Program-made: the position numbers and the translations under genes
Part shown: piece by piece, positions 28,761-39,268 of the stretch
Layout: each line of letters starts with the position of its first letter
Numbering within the stretch: position 1 is the first letter of the stretch
The notes under the pieces: model-generated
Databases searched by the model: none
Seen by the model: only the letters and a program-made list of their open reading frames with translations
Told to the model about the DNA's origin: nothing
Source of the DNA: an uncultured Gammaproteobacteria bacterium
GTDB lineage: Bacteria; Pseudomonadota; Gammaproteobacteria; Chromatiales; Chromatiaceae
Direction of reading: 5' to 3'
DNA: 64,000 nt
NCBI GenBank assembly: GCA_942492625.1
Contig: CALOFM010000003.1
Coordinates: forward strand, 3,659 to 67,658

Positions 28761-29195
28761 ATGAAGTTCGCAATCCAGATTAACGAGGGGCCTTACCAGC
28801 ACCAAGCGTCCGACTCGGCGTATTTTTTCGCCAAGGCCGCGTTGGAGAAAGGGCACGAGATTTCACGTGTCTTCTTCTATCACGACGGGGTCAACAACGC
28901 CTCACGACTGACGACACCGCCTCAGGACGACCGCAATATCGTCAACCGTTGGGCGGAGCTGGCAGAGCAGTACAGGATTGAGTCGCCAACCACCGAGGAC
29001 GGTAAAGAGGTGATGCAGACGGAGCTGGTGGTCTGCGTAGCCGCGGCCCAGCGCCGCGGTGTCGTGGACGAGGGCGAGGCCAAGCGCAACGGAAAGGACG
29101 CCACTAACATCCATCCCGGCTTCCGGATCTCGGGGCTCGGACAGCTTGTCGAGGCGGCTATCCAGTCGGATCGGCTCGTCGTTTTCGGCGATTAA
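28761..29195 (+). CDS. dsrE: Sulfurtransferase subunit DsrE (with insertion)
   Basis: MKFAIQINEGPYQHQASDSAY, FFYHDGV, active-site VVCVAAAQRRG, GLGQL. Confidence 0.96.
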   Translation: MKFAIQINEGPYQHQASDSAYFFAKAALEKGHEISRVFFYHDGVNNASRLTTPPQDDRNIVNRWAELAEQYRIESPTTEDGKEVMQTELVVCVAAAQRRGVVDEGEAKRNGKDATNIHPGFRISGLGQLVEAAIQSDRLVVFGD

Positions 29196-29207
29196 GGGAG
29201 GTACATC

Positions 29208-29618
29208 ATGTCTGAAACCGTCAAGAAGTTCCTGTACCTAAACCGCAAGGCCCCCTACGGCACCATTTACGCGTGGGAGTCCCTGGAGGTCGTGCTCATC
29301 GGCGCCGCTTTCGATCAAGAGGTCAGGGTGATGTTCGTCGACGACGGCGTCTATCAGCTCACCAAGGGACAGGACACAAGCGAAGTGGGCATGAAGAATT
29401 TCTCGCCCACCTACCGTACTCTGGGCGACTACGAAGTCAAGAGCATCTACGTGGATAAGGATTCCCTGGAGGCGCGCGGTCTGACACAGGACGACCTGGT
29501 TGCTATCGCCTGGGAGGACTGGGAGACCGAGGAAGAGATAGAAAACATCGTCGAGGTGGTGGAAGCCGCCCGCATTTCCGAGCTCATGGAAGAGTCCGAC
29601 GTGGTCTTCAGCTTCTGA
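29208..29618 (+). CDS. dsrF: Sulfurtransferase subunit DsrF
   Basis: RKAPYGTIYAWESLEVVLIGAAFDQ, DDGVYQL. Confidence 0.96.
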   Translation: MSETVKKFLYLNRKAPYGTIYAWESLEVVLIGAAFDQEVRVMFVDDGVYQLTKGQDTSEVGMKNFSPTYRTLGDYEVKSIYVDKDSLEARGLTQDDLVAIAWEDWETEEEIENIVEVVEAARISELMEESDVVFSF

Positions 29619-29630
29619 AGGAGGGGTCCG

Positions 29631-29939
29631 ATGAGTATTCTGAACACTGTCAACAAGTCGCCGTTCGAGCGCAACTCCCTGGAATCCTGCCTGAAGTTCG
29701 CCAACGGTGGCGACCCGGTGCTGCTGTTCGAAGACGGCGTCTACGCGGTTCTGAAGGGCACGAGTGCGGAAGGTCAGATCAAGGCGGCACTCGATAAGCA
29801 ATCGGTTTACGTCCTCGGCCCGGACCTGAAGGCCCGCGGCTTCTCGGAGGATCGCGTAATCGAGGGCGTTAAAGTCGTGGACTATGCCGGTTTCGTGGAT
29901 TTGGCCGCGGAAAACGACAAGGTCCAAGCCTGGCTGTAA
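29631..29939 (+). CDS. dsrH: Sulfurtransferase subunit DsrH
   Basis: TVNKSPFERNSLESCL, EDGVYA, PDLKARG, VDYAGFVDL. Confidence 0.96.
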   Translation: MSILNTVNKSPFERNSLESCLKFANGGDPVLLFEDGVYAVLKGTSAEGQIKAALDKQSVYVLGPDLKARGFSEDRVIEGVKVVDYAGFVDLAAENDKVQAWL

Positions 29940-29970
29940 AAATCACATTTCAATCGAGAGGAGAGTCATC

Positions 29971-30303
29971 ATGGGTATCGAAGTCAACGGTAAAGTCTAC
30001 GAGACCGACGAAGAGGGTTATCTCACCAACATCCAGGAGTGGGAGCCTGGCGTTGCCGAGATTATGTCGAAGGAAGACGACCTTGAGCTCACCGACGACC
30101 ACTGGTCGATCATTAACTTCCTGCGCGAGTACTACGAGGAGTATCAGATCGCTCCTGCGGTCCGCGTCCTGACCAAGGCGGTCGGCAAGAAGATGGGCAA
30201 GGACAAGGGCAACAGCAAGTACCTCTACGGCCTGTTCCCTTACGGTCCGGCCAAGCAGGCCTGCCGTTACGCCGGTCTGCCGAAGCCGACCGGCTGCGTC
30301 TAA
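29971..30303 (+). CDS. dsrC: Sulfur carrier DsrC
   Basis: C-terminal arm ACRYAGLPKPTGCV with both conserved Cys. Confidence 0.97.
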   Translation: MGIEVNGKVYETDEEGYLTNIQEWEPGVAEIMSKEDDLELTDDHWSIINFLREYYEEYQIAPAVRVLTKAVGKKMGKDKGNSKYLYGLFPYGPAKQACRYAGLPKPTGCV

Positions 30304-30501
30304 TCAGGCGTTTATGCCAGTGCAGGGCGGTACCGGCTCCCCCAAGGTTTTGTGCCCGGGGGAAAGTGGAAGCGCGGGCGCGAGCCCCCGGTTCCGTGCC
30401 GAGCGGCCACAGGGATAGGCTGGCTCGGTGCGCTGCTAGCGGTCCGGGGGACATCCGTGTCCCTCCGGCACTTCGACGGATCCATAGAAGGTAGCGGGAA
30501 C

Positions 30502-31230
30502 ATGTCGTTTCTGACAGTCGTATACGCCATCTTGTTCTACTTTGCCGCCGCCGTGCTTGTGGCGGGCCTGATCAGAAAGATCGTGCAGTATGCGCGCACC
30601 CCGGCGCCGCTCAAGATCCCGACGACCCCGGCGCCCACCACCGAGGCCGGCGTCGCCTTCCGCCTGGCGCGCGAAGTGGTCTTCTTCGAGAGCCTGTTCA
30701 AGGGCAACAAGTGGATCTGGATCTTCGGCTGGGTCTTCCACTTCGGGTTGTTCCTGGTCACCCTGCGCCATTTGCGTTATTTCATCGATCCGGTCTGGCT
30801 GCCGATCCAACTCGTTCAGCCCTTCGGCATCTACGGTGGCATGGCCATGGTCGTGGGCCTGATCGGACTTTGGGCGCGCCGCGTCCTGGTCGATCGTGTC
30901 CGTTACATCACCGGGACCTCCGACCATCTGATTCTCGCGCTGCTGATCCTGATCGGCGTCAGCGGGCTCATGATGACCTTCGTCGTCCACGTCGACGTCA
31001 TTTCGGTCAAGCTTTTCTTCCGCGGGCTGATGACTTTCGATTTCTCTCCGCTGCCGGCGGACCCGTTGTTGCTCGTGCACCTGCTGCTGGTAGCGACACT
31101 CATGATCGTGTTCCCGTTCAGCAAGCTGTTGCATGCCCCCGGGCTGTTCTTCAGTCCCACCCGTAACCAGGTCGACAACCCACGCGAGAAAAGACACATC
31201 GCGAAATGGGCCAAGAGCCTGGAACAATAG
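30502..31230 (+). CDS. dsrM: DsrM, NarI-like cytochrome b
   Basis: TPAPLKIPTTPAP, five TM helices, FH, RHLRYF, FPFSKLLH. Confidence 0.95.
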   Translation: MSFLTVVYAILFYFAAAVLVAGLIRKIVQYARTPAPLKIPTTPAPTTEAGVAFRLAREVVFFESLFKGNKWIWIFGWVFHFGLFLVTLRHLRYFIDPVWLPIQLVQPFGIYGGMAMVVGLIGLWARRVLVDRVRYITGTSDHLILALLILIGVSGLMMTFVVHVDVISVKLFFRGLMTFDFSPLPADPLLLVHLLLVATLMIVFPFSKLLHAPGLFFSPTRNQVDNPREKRHIAKWAKSLEQ

Positions 31231-31261
31231 ACTGAAGAACGAGCTTCGAGGAGGCAGGATC

Positions 31262-32800
31262 ATGGCAAAGGCAAATTTCAAAGTACCCGAGCTCAAGCAG
31301 TACGCGGAGATTCCGGCCATCGAGCCGGACGCGATGGCTCACAGTAGCCCCTTCGTGGCCAAGCCCGAGCACCAGGAGCCCCTCGGCTTCCCGGGCGAGC
31401 TAGTCGACGACTGGCAGGAGAAGGCCATCGACAAGATGGGGGAGATGCTGGGCAAGTATCGCTCCCTGCGCGTCTACATGGACTCTTGCGTCAAGTGCGG
31501 ATCCTGCACCGACAAGTGTCACTACTACATCGGCACCAAGGATCCGAAGAACATGCCGGTGGGCCGGCAGGACCTGATGCGCAAGGTCTACCGGCGCTAC
31601 TTCACCCTGGCCGGAAAGTGGTTTCCCAAGCTGGTGGGCGCGGAGGACTTCACCCGCGAGGTGCTGGACGAGTGGTACAGCTACTTCCACCAGTGCTCCC
31701 AGTGCCGGCGCTGCTCGGTTTTCTGCCCCTACGGCATCGACACCGCCGAGATCTCCATGGCAGCGCGCGAGATCATGGATGGTATCGGGGTAGGGCAGAA
31801 GTACTGCAACGAGATCATCGCCAAGGTCTACAAGATCGGCAACAACCTGGGCCTGCCCGGTCCGGCCCTGGAGGACACCCTGGAGGGTCTGGAAGAGGAC
31901 GTTGAAGACGAGACCGGCGTTGCGGTCAAGTACCCGATGGACAAGGAAGGGGTGGAGGTGCTGCTGGTCACACCCTCGGCGGATTTTTTTGCCGAGCCCC
32001 ACGTGGACGGCCTGATCGGTTACGGCAAGGTGTTTCACGAAGCCGGTGTGTCCTGGACAGTGAGCTCGTACGCTTCGGAAGCCGCCAACTTCGGCATGTT
32101 CATCGGCTCTTACGAGAATATGCGCCTAATCTCCCAGCGTATCCGCAAGGCCGCGATCGACCTGAAGGTCAAGCGCATCGTGTTCGGCGAGTGCGGGCAC
32201 GCCTGGCGCGTCGCCTACAGCTTTTTGAACACCCTGGCTGGTCCCTGGGACTTCCTCGATCCACGCTATCCGGTGCCGCAGCATATCTGCGAGTTCACCT
32301 ACGAACTGATCAAGGAAGGCAAGCTCAACCTCGACAAGTCCCAAAACGACGACATGGTCCTGACCTTCCACGACTCCTGCAACGTGGCGCGGGCCACGCG
32401 CATGGGGGACAAGCCGGGCGGTCAATTCGAGATTCCGCGGGCGGTCATCAAGGCGGTCTGCAACAACTATTTCGACATGGACGAGGAGACCATCCGCGAG
32501 CGCACCTTCTGTTGCGGCGGCGGGGGCGGGCTCCTTACCGACGACCTGATGGAGATCCGGGTCAAGGGTGCCAAGCCACGAGTCGAGGCACTCAACAATG
32601 TGATGCAGGAGAAAGGTGTCACGCATCTGGCCGCGATCTGCGCCATCTGCAAGAGCCAATTCTCCAAGGTACTCCCGTTCTACGGCATGGAGATGGATCA
32701 GGTCGTCAGTGTGCACCAGCTGGTGTCCAACGCGATCGTCCTCACCGGCCAGCAAACGGATAACGACGATGAAGACGAGGAGGCCCCTGACGAGGCCTGA
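31262..32800 (+). CDS. dsrK: DsrK, HdrD-like Fe-S catalytic subunit
   Basis: CVKCGSCTDKC, CSQCRRCSVFCP, GECGH, HDSC, CCGGGGG, CAIC. Confidence 0.96.
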   Translation: MAKANFKVPELKQYAEIPAIEPDAMAHSSPFVAKPEHQEPLGFPGELVDDWQEKAIDKMGEMLGKYRSLRVYMDSCVKCGSCTDKCHYYIGTKDPKNMPVGRQDLMRKVYRRYFTLAGKWFPKLVGAEDFTREVLDEWYSYFHQCSQCRRCSVFCPYGIDTAEISMAAREIMDGIGVGQKYCNEIIAKVYKIGNNLGLPGPALEDTLEGLEEDVEDETGVAVKYPMDKEGVEVLLVTPSADFFAEPHVDGLIGYGKVFHEAGVSWTVSSYASEAANFGMFIGSYENMRLISQRIRKAAIDLKVKRIVFGECGHAWRVAYSFLNTLAGPWDFLDPRYPVPQHICEFTYELIKEGKLNLDKSQNDDMVLTFHDSCNVARATRMGDKPGGQFEIPRAVIKAVCNNYFDMDEETIRERTFCCGGGGGLLTDDLMEIRVKGAKPRVEALNNVMQEKGVTHLAAICAICKSQFSKVLPFYGMEMDQVVSVHQLVSNAIVLTGQQTDNDDEDEEAPDEA

Positions 32801-32897
32801 ACGAGACAAACGGGGATGCGGCTCCGCTGCAGTTAGACGGACGCCCGCTTCCGGAATCAACAAACGTTAAGGGTTCCACTGGTTAGGAGAACGATCG

Positions 32898-34856
32898 ATG
32901 GCGACTACCAGCGACGAAATGAAAACCAAGCTTTCCTGGCGCCGGTACGCGGACGGCGAGAGCACCTGGGACGACCTGTCCAAGCAAATCTTCAACGAGG
33001 ATACTTCCCACAAGTGTCCCACCTACGTCCACAAGACACCCCCCTGCCAGGGTAGCTGTCCGTCCGGTGAGGACATCCGGGGCTGGCTGGCGATCGTGCG
33101 CCAACAGGAGCTGCCGCCGGAGGGTGTGGATTGGGGTGAGTACGCGTTTCGCCGTTCCACCGATGCCAACCCCTTCCCGTCCATGATGGGCCGCGTCTGT
33201 CCCGCCCCCTGCCAGGACGGCTGCAACCGCAACGAGTTGGAAGATTTTGTCGGCATCAACTCCGTCGAGCAGTACATCGGCGACAACGCCATCGAAAAGG
33301 GATACAAGTTCGTGGCCGGTGCGGATACCGGCAAGAAGGTTGCGATCATCGGCGGCGGTCCTGCAGGACTGGCGGCCGCCTACCAGCTGCGCCGCATGGG
33401 TCATGCCTGCACCATCTTCGAGGCGAACGAGGGGCTCGGCGGTATGTTCCGCTACGGCATACCCGGTTACCGTGTGCCGCGCAAGGAGCTAGACGCGGAG
33501 ATCGCCCGCATCATCGAGATGGGCGTCGAGACCCGTATGAGCACCAGGGTCGGCACCGACGTATCGGTCGAGGAGCTGGACAAGGAGTTTGACGCCGTGC
33601 TCTGGGCACTGGGCTGCCAGAGCGGCCGCGGCCTGCCGGTACCGGGTTGGGAGAACACCCCGAACTGCGTCTCCGGTGTCGCCTTCCTCAAGGCGTTCAA
33701 CGAGGGTCGCATGAAGGTGACCGCAGACAAGGTCGTCTGCATCGGTGGCGGCGATACCTCCGTCGACGTGGTGTCCGTTGCGCGCCGTCTGGGTCACGTC
33801 GAGCACACCAATCCTGGCGAGCACCCGGAGTCCATCATCCACGACGGTTACGTCGCCCACGACACGGCGGTGACCGCCGCGGCCCAGGGCGCCGACGTCA
33901 CCCTGACCTCCCTGTTTCACCGCAAAGAAATGATGGCCTCCGAGCACGAGGTGCACGATGCGCTGACCGAGGGCGTGACCATCCTCGACGGCGTCATGCC
34001 GCTGGAGGTGATCAAGGGCGAGGACGGCCGCGCCAAGGCCCTCAAAGTTTGCGACTGCACCATGGACGGCATGAAGCCCATCCCTACCGAGGGCACCGAG
34101 CGCGTCCTAGAGGCTGACCTGATCGTGTCCGCCATCGGCCAGGGCGGCGATCTCACGGGCCTTGAAGACTTCGACAATGGCCGCGGCCTGATGAACGCCG
34201 ACAAGTTCTATCAAGTCCCGGACAAGCCCGGTCATTTCGTGGCCGGCGACATCATCCGACCGCATCTGTTGACGACCGCCATCGGTCAGGCATCCATCGC
34301 TGCGGATTCCATCAACGAGTACGTGATGCAGGCGCCCCATGCCCGCCGCCCCAAGGTGGATGTTCACCACTTCAACCTGCTCAAGAAGATGGCAGAGGCC
34401 CACTTGGCCCCTGGTGAGTTCGACGTCGCCGAGCGCGGCGATATGCGCGGTACCGCAGACGGGAACTGGGCCATTCACAATTACGAGGACCGCTCCGGAT
34501 CGGAGGTCATACCCCACGACGAGCTGTTCCTGGGCCATTTCGCGTTTCATGCACGGAACAAGCGTAAAGAGGAGGTGCCGACCGCCGAGGAGGTGCTCGG
34601 TCACTTCCACGAGCGACTCATCGGCCTGTCCGAGCAGGAGGCTATCGACGAAGCCAAACGCTGCATGAGCTGCGGCATGTGCTTCGAGTGCGACAACTGC
34701 GTCATCTTCTGCCCCCAGGACGCGGTGTTCCGGGTAAAGAAGGGTGAGAACACCACCGGGCGTTACGTGGCTACCGATTACAGCAAGTGCATCGGCTGCC
34801 ACATCTGCTCCGATGTGTGCCCCACCGGCTACATCAAGATGGGGCTGGGCGAGTAA
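32898..34856 (+). CDS. dsrL: DsrL, iron-sulfur flavoprotein
   Basis: PPCQGSCP, GRVCPAPC, GGGPAG, GGGDT, C-terminal ferredoxin CMSCGMCFECDNC and CIGCHIC. Confidence 0.96.
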   Translation: MATTSDEMKTKLSWRRYADGESTWDDLSKQIFNEDTSHKCPTYVHKTPPCQGSCPSGEDIRGWLAIVRQQELPPEGVDWGEYAFRRSTDANPFPSMMGRVCPAPCQDGCNRNELEDFVGINSVEQYIGDNAIEKGYKFVAGADTGKKVAIIGGGPAGLAAAYQLRRMGHACTIFEANEGLGGMFRYGIPGYRVPRKELDAEIARIIEMGVETRMSTRVGTDVSVEELDKEFDAVLWALGCQSGRGLPVPGWENTPNCVSGVAFLKAFNEGRMKVTADKVVCIGGGDTSVDVVSVARRLGHVEHTNPGEHPESIIHDGYVAHDTAVTAAAQGADVTLTSLFHRKEMMASEHEVHDALTEGVTILDGVMPLEVIKGEDGRAKALKVCDCTMDGMKPIPTEGTERVLEADLIVSAIGQGGDLTGLEDFDNGRGLMNADKFYQVPDKPGHFVAGDIIRPHLLTTAIGQASIAADSINEYVMQAPHARRPKVDVHHFNLLKKMAEAHLAPGEFDVAERGDMRGTADGNWAIHNYEDRSGSEVIPHDELFLGHFAFHARNKRKEEVPTAEEVLGHFHERLIGLSEQEAIDEAKRCMSCGMCFECDNCVIFCPQDAVFRVKKGENTTGRYVATDYSKCIGCHICSDVCPTGYIKMGLGE

Positions 34857-34873
34857 CGACTGGGGAGAGTTCA

Positions 34874-35386
34874 ATGGCCAACGCCGTTGTAAGAGGCAGC
34901 CTCATCGCCGTCGGTCTGGCCGGGGTGCTCTGCGCCCTGGCCGCGCAGGCCGCCGGTGGGGGGGCAACCTACGTGATTGACGGGTCGAAGGCCGCGCAGC
35001 TCGGCAGCTGTGTGGAGCCAACGGACTTTATGCGCCGAAATCACATGGAGGTGATCAAGCACCAGCGTGACGAGACGGTCCACAACGGCATTCGCTCCAC
35101 CAAGCACAGCCTGGCCGGTTGCATCGAATGTCACGTGAGCTACGGTGCCGACAACGCGCCCGTTCCGGTCAACGCCGAGGGGCAATTCTGCATCGCCTGT
35201 CACGAGTTCGCTGCGGTTGGTATGAACTGCTTCGGCTGCCACGCCAGCGTACCTTCCTTTTTGGATGCAACGGCCGTAGAGAATGCCGCACTTGGTGCCT
35301 TGAGCTGGCATCCGTCGTTTGCGATGTCTGTTCCGGAGACCGAGGGCCTGGAACCCGAGGGTTCGGGGGAGGGCGACCGTCCATGA
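34874..35386 (+). CDS. dsrJ: DsrJ, triheme cytochrome c
   Basis: Signal peptide, CVEPTDFMRRNHM, three CxxCH motifs. Confidence 0.94.
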   Translation: MANAVVRGSLIAVGLAGVLCALAAQAAGGGATYVIDGSKAAQLGSCVEPTDFMRRNHMEVIKHQRDETVHNGIRSTKHSLAGCIECHVSYGADNAPVPVNAEGQFCIACHEFAAVGMNCFGCHASVPSFLDATAVENAALGALSWHPSFAMSVPETEGLEPEGSGEGDRP

Positions 35387-36159
35387 GCAACAAGAGCGAT
35401 AAGGTCGACCGGGGTCGACGCAGCTTCATCGGCGCTGCTGCCGGTGTCACCGCGCTTACGGTGGCGCCCGGTGTCGTGCTCCGCAACCTGGCGGTTGCCG
35501 AACCGCGATCGGAAGCGGTCACCGACGACGTGCGCTGGGGCATGCTGATTGACAGCAGTAAGTGCGCGGAAGGTTGTGATGCCTGTGTCACGGCCTGCAA
35601 CCGGGAGAACGGTCTCGATCTCCAGCAGAAGCCGGAGGGCGAGGACGCTTCCAAGTGGGATCGGCAGGTGGCCAAGTGGATCCGCACCGTCAAGGTCCAG
35701 GACAACCTGACCGGGCGTGTCAGCAACCTGCCCATGATGTGTCAGCATTGCGAGCATCCACCCTGCGTGGACGTGTGTCCGACCGGCGCCTCGTTCAAGC
35801 GGGCCGACGGCATCGTCATGGTGGACAGACACACGTGCATCGGTTGCCGCTATTGCATGATGGCTTGCCCCTACAAGGCTCGTTCCTTCATTCACGAGGT
35901 GGTGGAAGTCAAGCTCACCCGGGCGCCCCGCGGCAAGGGATGCGTTGAGAGCTGCAACCTGTGCGTGCACCGCCGCGACAACGGCGAGTCGTCCACGGCC
36001 TGCGCGGACGCCTGTGCGGCCGAGGGCCACAACGCGATCGTTTTCGGTGATTTGAAGGACCCGCAAGGCCCCCTGAGCAAGGCCCTCGCGGCCCTTCCGA
36101 GCCGTCAGATCCGCGAGGATCTGGCGCTCAACACAGGTGTTCGCTACGCGGGCGTCTGA
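35383..36159 (+). CDS. dsrO: DsrO, Tat-exported Fe-S protein
   Basis: GRRSFI Tat motif; CQHCEHPPCVDVCP, CIGCRYCMMACP. Confidence 0.95.
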   Translation: MSNKSDKVDRGRRSFIGAAAGVTALTVAPGVVLRNLAVAEPRSEAVTDDVRWGMLIDSSKCAEGCDACVTACNRENGLDLQQKPEGEDASKWDRQVAKWIRTVKVQDNLTGRVSNLPMMCQHCEHPPCVDVCPTGASFKRADGIVMVDRHTCIGCRYCMMACPYKARSFIHEVVEVKLTRAPRGKGCVESCNLCVHRRDNGESSTACADACAAEGHNAIVFGDLKDPQGPLSKALAALPSRQIREDLALNTGVRYAGV

Positions 36160-36177
36160 CGCCTCGGAGATGCTGTC

Positions 36178-37404
36178 ATGAAAAGAATCGTCTATCGGGA
36201 GTGGCTACTCACGCCCCAGCGCTACTGGGGGCTGCTCGCCATCCTCGCGGTCATCGCCGGTCTCGGCGGTTTGGCCTTCGCGTACATGGAGCACGAGGGT
36301 CACTGGGTCACGGGCATGTCCAACCAGGTCATTTGGGGAACGCCCCATGTGTTCGCCGTGTTCCTGATTGTCGCCGCATCCGGGGCTCTGAACGTCGCGT
36401 CCATCAGCAGCGTCTTCGGCAAGTATCCGTACAAGTCCTTGGCGCGCCTCTCGGGCCTGATGGCGGTGGCACTGCTCGTCGGAGGGCTGATGGTCCTGGT
36501 GCTGGATCTCGGCCGACCCGATCGGCTGGTCGTCGCCATGACGACCTACAACTTCCGGTCAATCTTTGCCTGGAACATCTTCCTGTACACCGGCTTCATG
36601 GCCATCGTCATCGCATACCTCTGGACCATGGCCGAGCGCAAAGGCAATTGCTACACCAAGCCGGTGGGTTTCTTCGCCTTCGTTTGGCGCCTGGCCCTCA
36701 CCACGGGTACCGGCTCGATCTTCGGGTTCATCGTGGCACGTCAGGCCTTCGACACGGCCGTGTTCGCGCCCATGTTCATCGCCATGTCCTTCGCCTATGG
36801 TCTTGCGATCTTCTTGTTGGTATTGATGTTCGCCTTTGATCAAGACAACCGCCCGATCGGCGATTCCATCCTTTTCAGACTGCGCAATCTGCTGGGGGTG
36901 TTCCTCGGGTCCGTGCTCTTCTTCGTGCTGGTCTATTTTCTGACCAAGCTCTACGCCGCGAAGAACTATGACCTGGTTTCCTTCTACCTGGTCGATGGCG
37001 GAATTTACACCTTCATGTTCTGGTTCGGCTGGATGCTGGCCGGAATCCTGATTCCCCTGGGTATCATCTTCCATCCGGTGCTCGGAAAGAGCCGCAGTTG
37101 GATCGCCTCCGCTTGCGCGCTGGTGGTGCTCGGAGGACTGGCCAGCATGTACGTCATCATCATCGGCGGGCAGGCCTATCCGATGCAGCTGTTCCCCGGA
37201 AAGACCGTCCTCGAGTCCGGCTTCTACGACGGTGTCGGCGGCGCCGTGGCGGCCTACGCACCGAGCCTTCCGGAGGTCTTGCTCGGAGTCGGTGGCGTGG
37301 CGGTTGCCATGCTGATCACCGCAGTAGGCATACGGGTGCTCCAGTTCCTGCCCGAGTCCCTGGCCGATCGGGACGTAGACCCGCACGCAGCGGCCAAGGC
37401 CTGA
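36178..37404 (+). CDS. dsrP: DsrP, NrfD/PsrC-family membrane protein
   Basis: TGMSNQVIWG, DLGRPDRL, about ten TM helices. Confidence 0.95.
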   Translation: MKRIVYREWLLTPQRYWGLLAILAVIAGLGGLAFAYMEHEGHWVTGMSNQVIWGTPHVFAVFLIVAASGALNVASISSVFGKYPYKSLARLSGLMAVALLVGGLMVLVLDLGRPDRLVVAMTTYNFRSIFAWNIFLYTGFMAIVIAYLWTMAERKGNCYTKPVGFFAFVWRLALTTGTGSIFGFIVARQAFDTAVFAPMFIAMSFAYGLAIFLLVLMFAFDQDNRPIGDSILFRLRNLLGVFLGSVLFFVLVYFLTKLYAAKNYDLVSFYLVDGGIYTFMFWFGWMLAGILIPLGIIFHPVLGKSRSWIASACALVVLGGLASMYVIIIGGQAYPMQLFPGKTVLESGFYDGVGGAVAAYAPSLPEVLLGVGGVAVAMLITAVGIRVLQFLPESLADRDVDPHAAAKA

Positions 37405-37425
37405 GTAAAGATTGCTCTGCTCGAA

Positions 37426-37500
37426 GCGGGGATGGTGCCGGTGGTACCATCCCGCAGCCTTTGGAGCTACCAGGCACTCGGCACCAGGCACGAGGCACCA
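37426..37500 (+). repeat. Hairpin followed by a heptamer tandem repeat (GGCACNN x4-5) between dsrP and dsrN
   Basis: GCGGGGATGGTGCC-GGT-GGTACCATCCCGC (37426-37455), then GGCACTC GGCACCA GGCACGA GGCACCA. Confidence 0.7.
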
Positions 37501-37677
37501 GCCCGAGTATCTGGCTCCACCCTTGAGTTGCAATATCTCTGCGAATCCGTCGCCCCAAGTGGAGCCAGGGGATCCAGTCGTCCATGGATGGCAGCGTCAC
37601 ATTCCACTACGCGAGAGGATAGACCGAGTACCCTACGGGAAGTCCAGCGTTCCGCAATACTGGTGCTCTGATCTCTT

Positions 37678-39054
37678 ATGGCGCATCTCTACATCTCCGC
37701 CGCTCATAAATCCTCGGGTAAGACCACCATCTCCATCGGACTGTGCCGGGAACTGCGCCGACTAGGCAGCTCGGTCCAGCCCTTCAAGAAAGGGCCGGAC
37801 TACATCGACCCCCTGTGGCTCAGCCAGGCGTCGGGCCGCGATTGCCTCAATCTCGATTTTCATACCATGGGACGGGAAGAGATCAGCACCGAATTTGCGC
37901 GGATGCTAAATAGCGCCGACGTCGGATTGATCGAGGGTAACGTCGGGCTTTTCGATGCGGTCGATCTTCACGGAAGCAACAGCAATGCGGCACTTGCCAG
38001 CCTGTTGCGTGCGCCCGTTGTTCTGGTTGTAGACGTGCGGGGCATGACGCGAGGGATCGCCCCTCTGCTGCTCGGTTATCAGTCCTTCGACCAGGACCTG
38101 AACATCGCCGGCGTCATCCTGAATCGCGTCGGCGGCTCCCGTCACGAGGTCAACCTGCGCCGGGTGGTGGAGCACTACACCGACCTGCCCCTGCTCGGTG
38201 CCGTGCACCGGGCCTCGGAGATTCGCATCAGCGAACGGCATCTCGGTCTCATGCCGAGCAACGAGGCGCAGGAGGCCGACAGGCAAATCGAGCGCATACG
38301 CGCATTGGTGGCTGGGCAGGTCGACGCACCAAGGGTGCTGGAGATTGCCTCGTCGGCTTCGCCGCCCGCACCGGTGCCGGCGCCGGAAGAGCCGATCCAG
38401 TCTGATCGGACGGGAGTTCGCATCGCCATCGCGCGGGACGAGGCATTCGGCTTCTACTACCCGGACGATCTCGCCTCGCTGCGTCGCGCCGGGGCGGAGC
38501 TGGTGAGCTTCAGTCCCGTGCGGGATCATGAGCTTCCCGACGCCGACGGACTGTTCATTGGCGGTGGCTTCCCGGAGTACCGCCTCCGTGAGGTCTCTGA
38601 GAATCGGTCCATGCGCACCGCCGTCCGCGACTTCATCGAGTCGGGAGGGCCCGCTTACGCCGAATGCGGCGGCCTCATGTACCTGTGCCGGGAGCTGCGT
38701 TGGGGAGACCGCAGCGGTGCCATGTGCGGCGTCCTGAAAGCCGACGTGGCGATGCATGAGCGGCCGCAGGGCAGGGGATATGTGCGCCTGCGCGAGACCG
38801 ATGCCTTTCCCTGGCCCGGTGCTGAGAATAAGTCGCGGGAGATCCGAGCCCACGAGTTTCATCACTCCGCGCTGCTTAGGCCGGATCCCGCCTGGTCCTA
38901 CGGCTACGAGGTTCTACGCGGAACCGGTGTCGACGGTAAGCACGACGCGATCCTTCACAAGAACCTGGTAGCCGCCTACAGTCATCTACGCGACGTCGGG
39001 GGCAACGGGTGGACGCGACGATTCGTCGACCATGTGCGCGCGTGCAGGCGTTGA
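37678..39054 (+). CDS. dsrN: DsrN, siroheme amidase (CbiA/CobB-like)
   Basis: AHKSSGKTT, FKKGPDYIDP, ERHLGL, GGGFPE, AECGGLMYL, HEFH; operon position. Confidence 0.93.
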   Translation: MAHLYISAAHKSSGKTTISIGLCRELRRLGSSVQPFKKGPDYIDPLWLSQASGRDCLNLDFHTMGREEISTEFARMLNSADVGLIEGNVGLFDAVDLHGSNSNAALASLLRAPVVLVVDVRGMTRGIAPLLLGYQSFDQDLNIAGVILNRVGGSRHEVNLRRVVEHYTDLPLLGAVHRASEIRISERHLGLMPSNEAQEADRQIERIRALVAGQVDAPRVLEIASSASPPAPVPAPEEPIQSDRTGVRIAIARDEAFGFYYPDDLASLRRAGAELVSFSPVRDHELPDADGLFIGGGFPEYRLREVSENRSMRTAVRDFIESGGPAYAECGGLMYLCRELRWGDRSGAMCGVLKADVAMHERPQGRGYVRLRETDAFPWPGAENKSREIRAHEFHHSALLRPDPAWSYGYEVLRGTGVDGKHDAILHKNLVAAYSHLRDVGGNGWTRRFVDHVRACRR

Positions 39055-39268
39055 CAGCCTAAAGCGTATTTTTTCTGGGCTGGGTGGCGCGCGAGGGGAT
39101 GTCAGGTACTTGGCGATGCAATGATCCAACCGGCGGGATGCGCAGTCGCTTTCCCGTCAAGTACTCGTTGGAAGGGGCCGCGACTTGCGATGCGACCTTG
39201 CTTAGCGGACACTAACAGGTTGAATCAGAAGCATTGACCAGTTGTCCTTGCGTGGAGGAAGATCGAGC

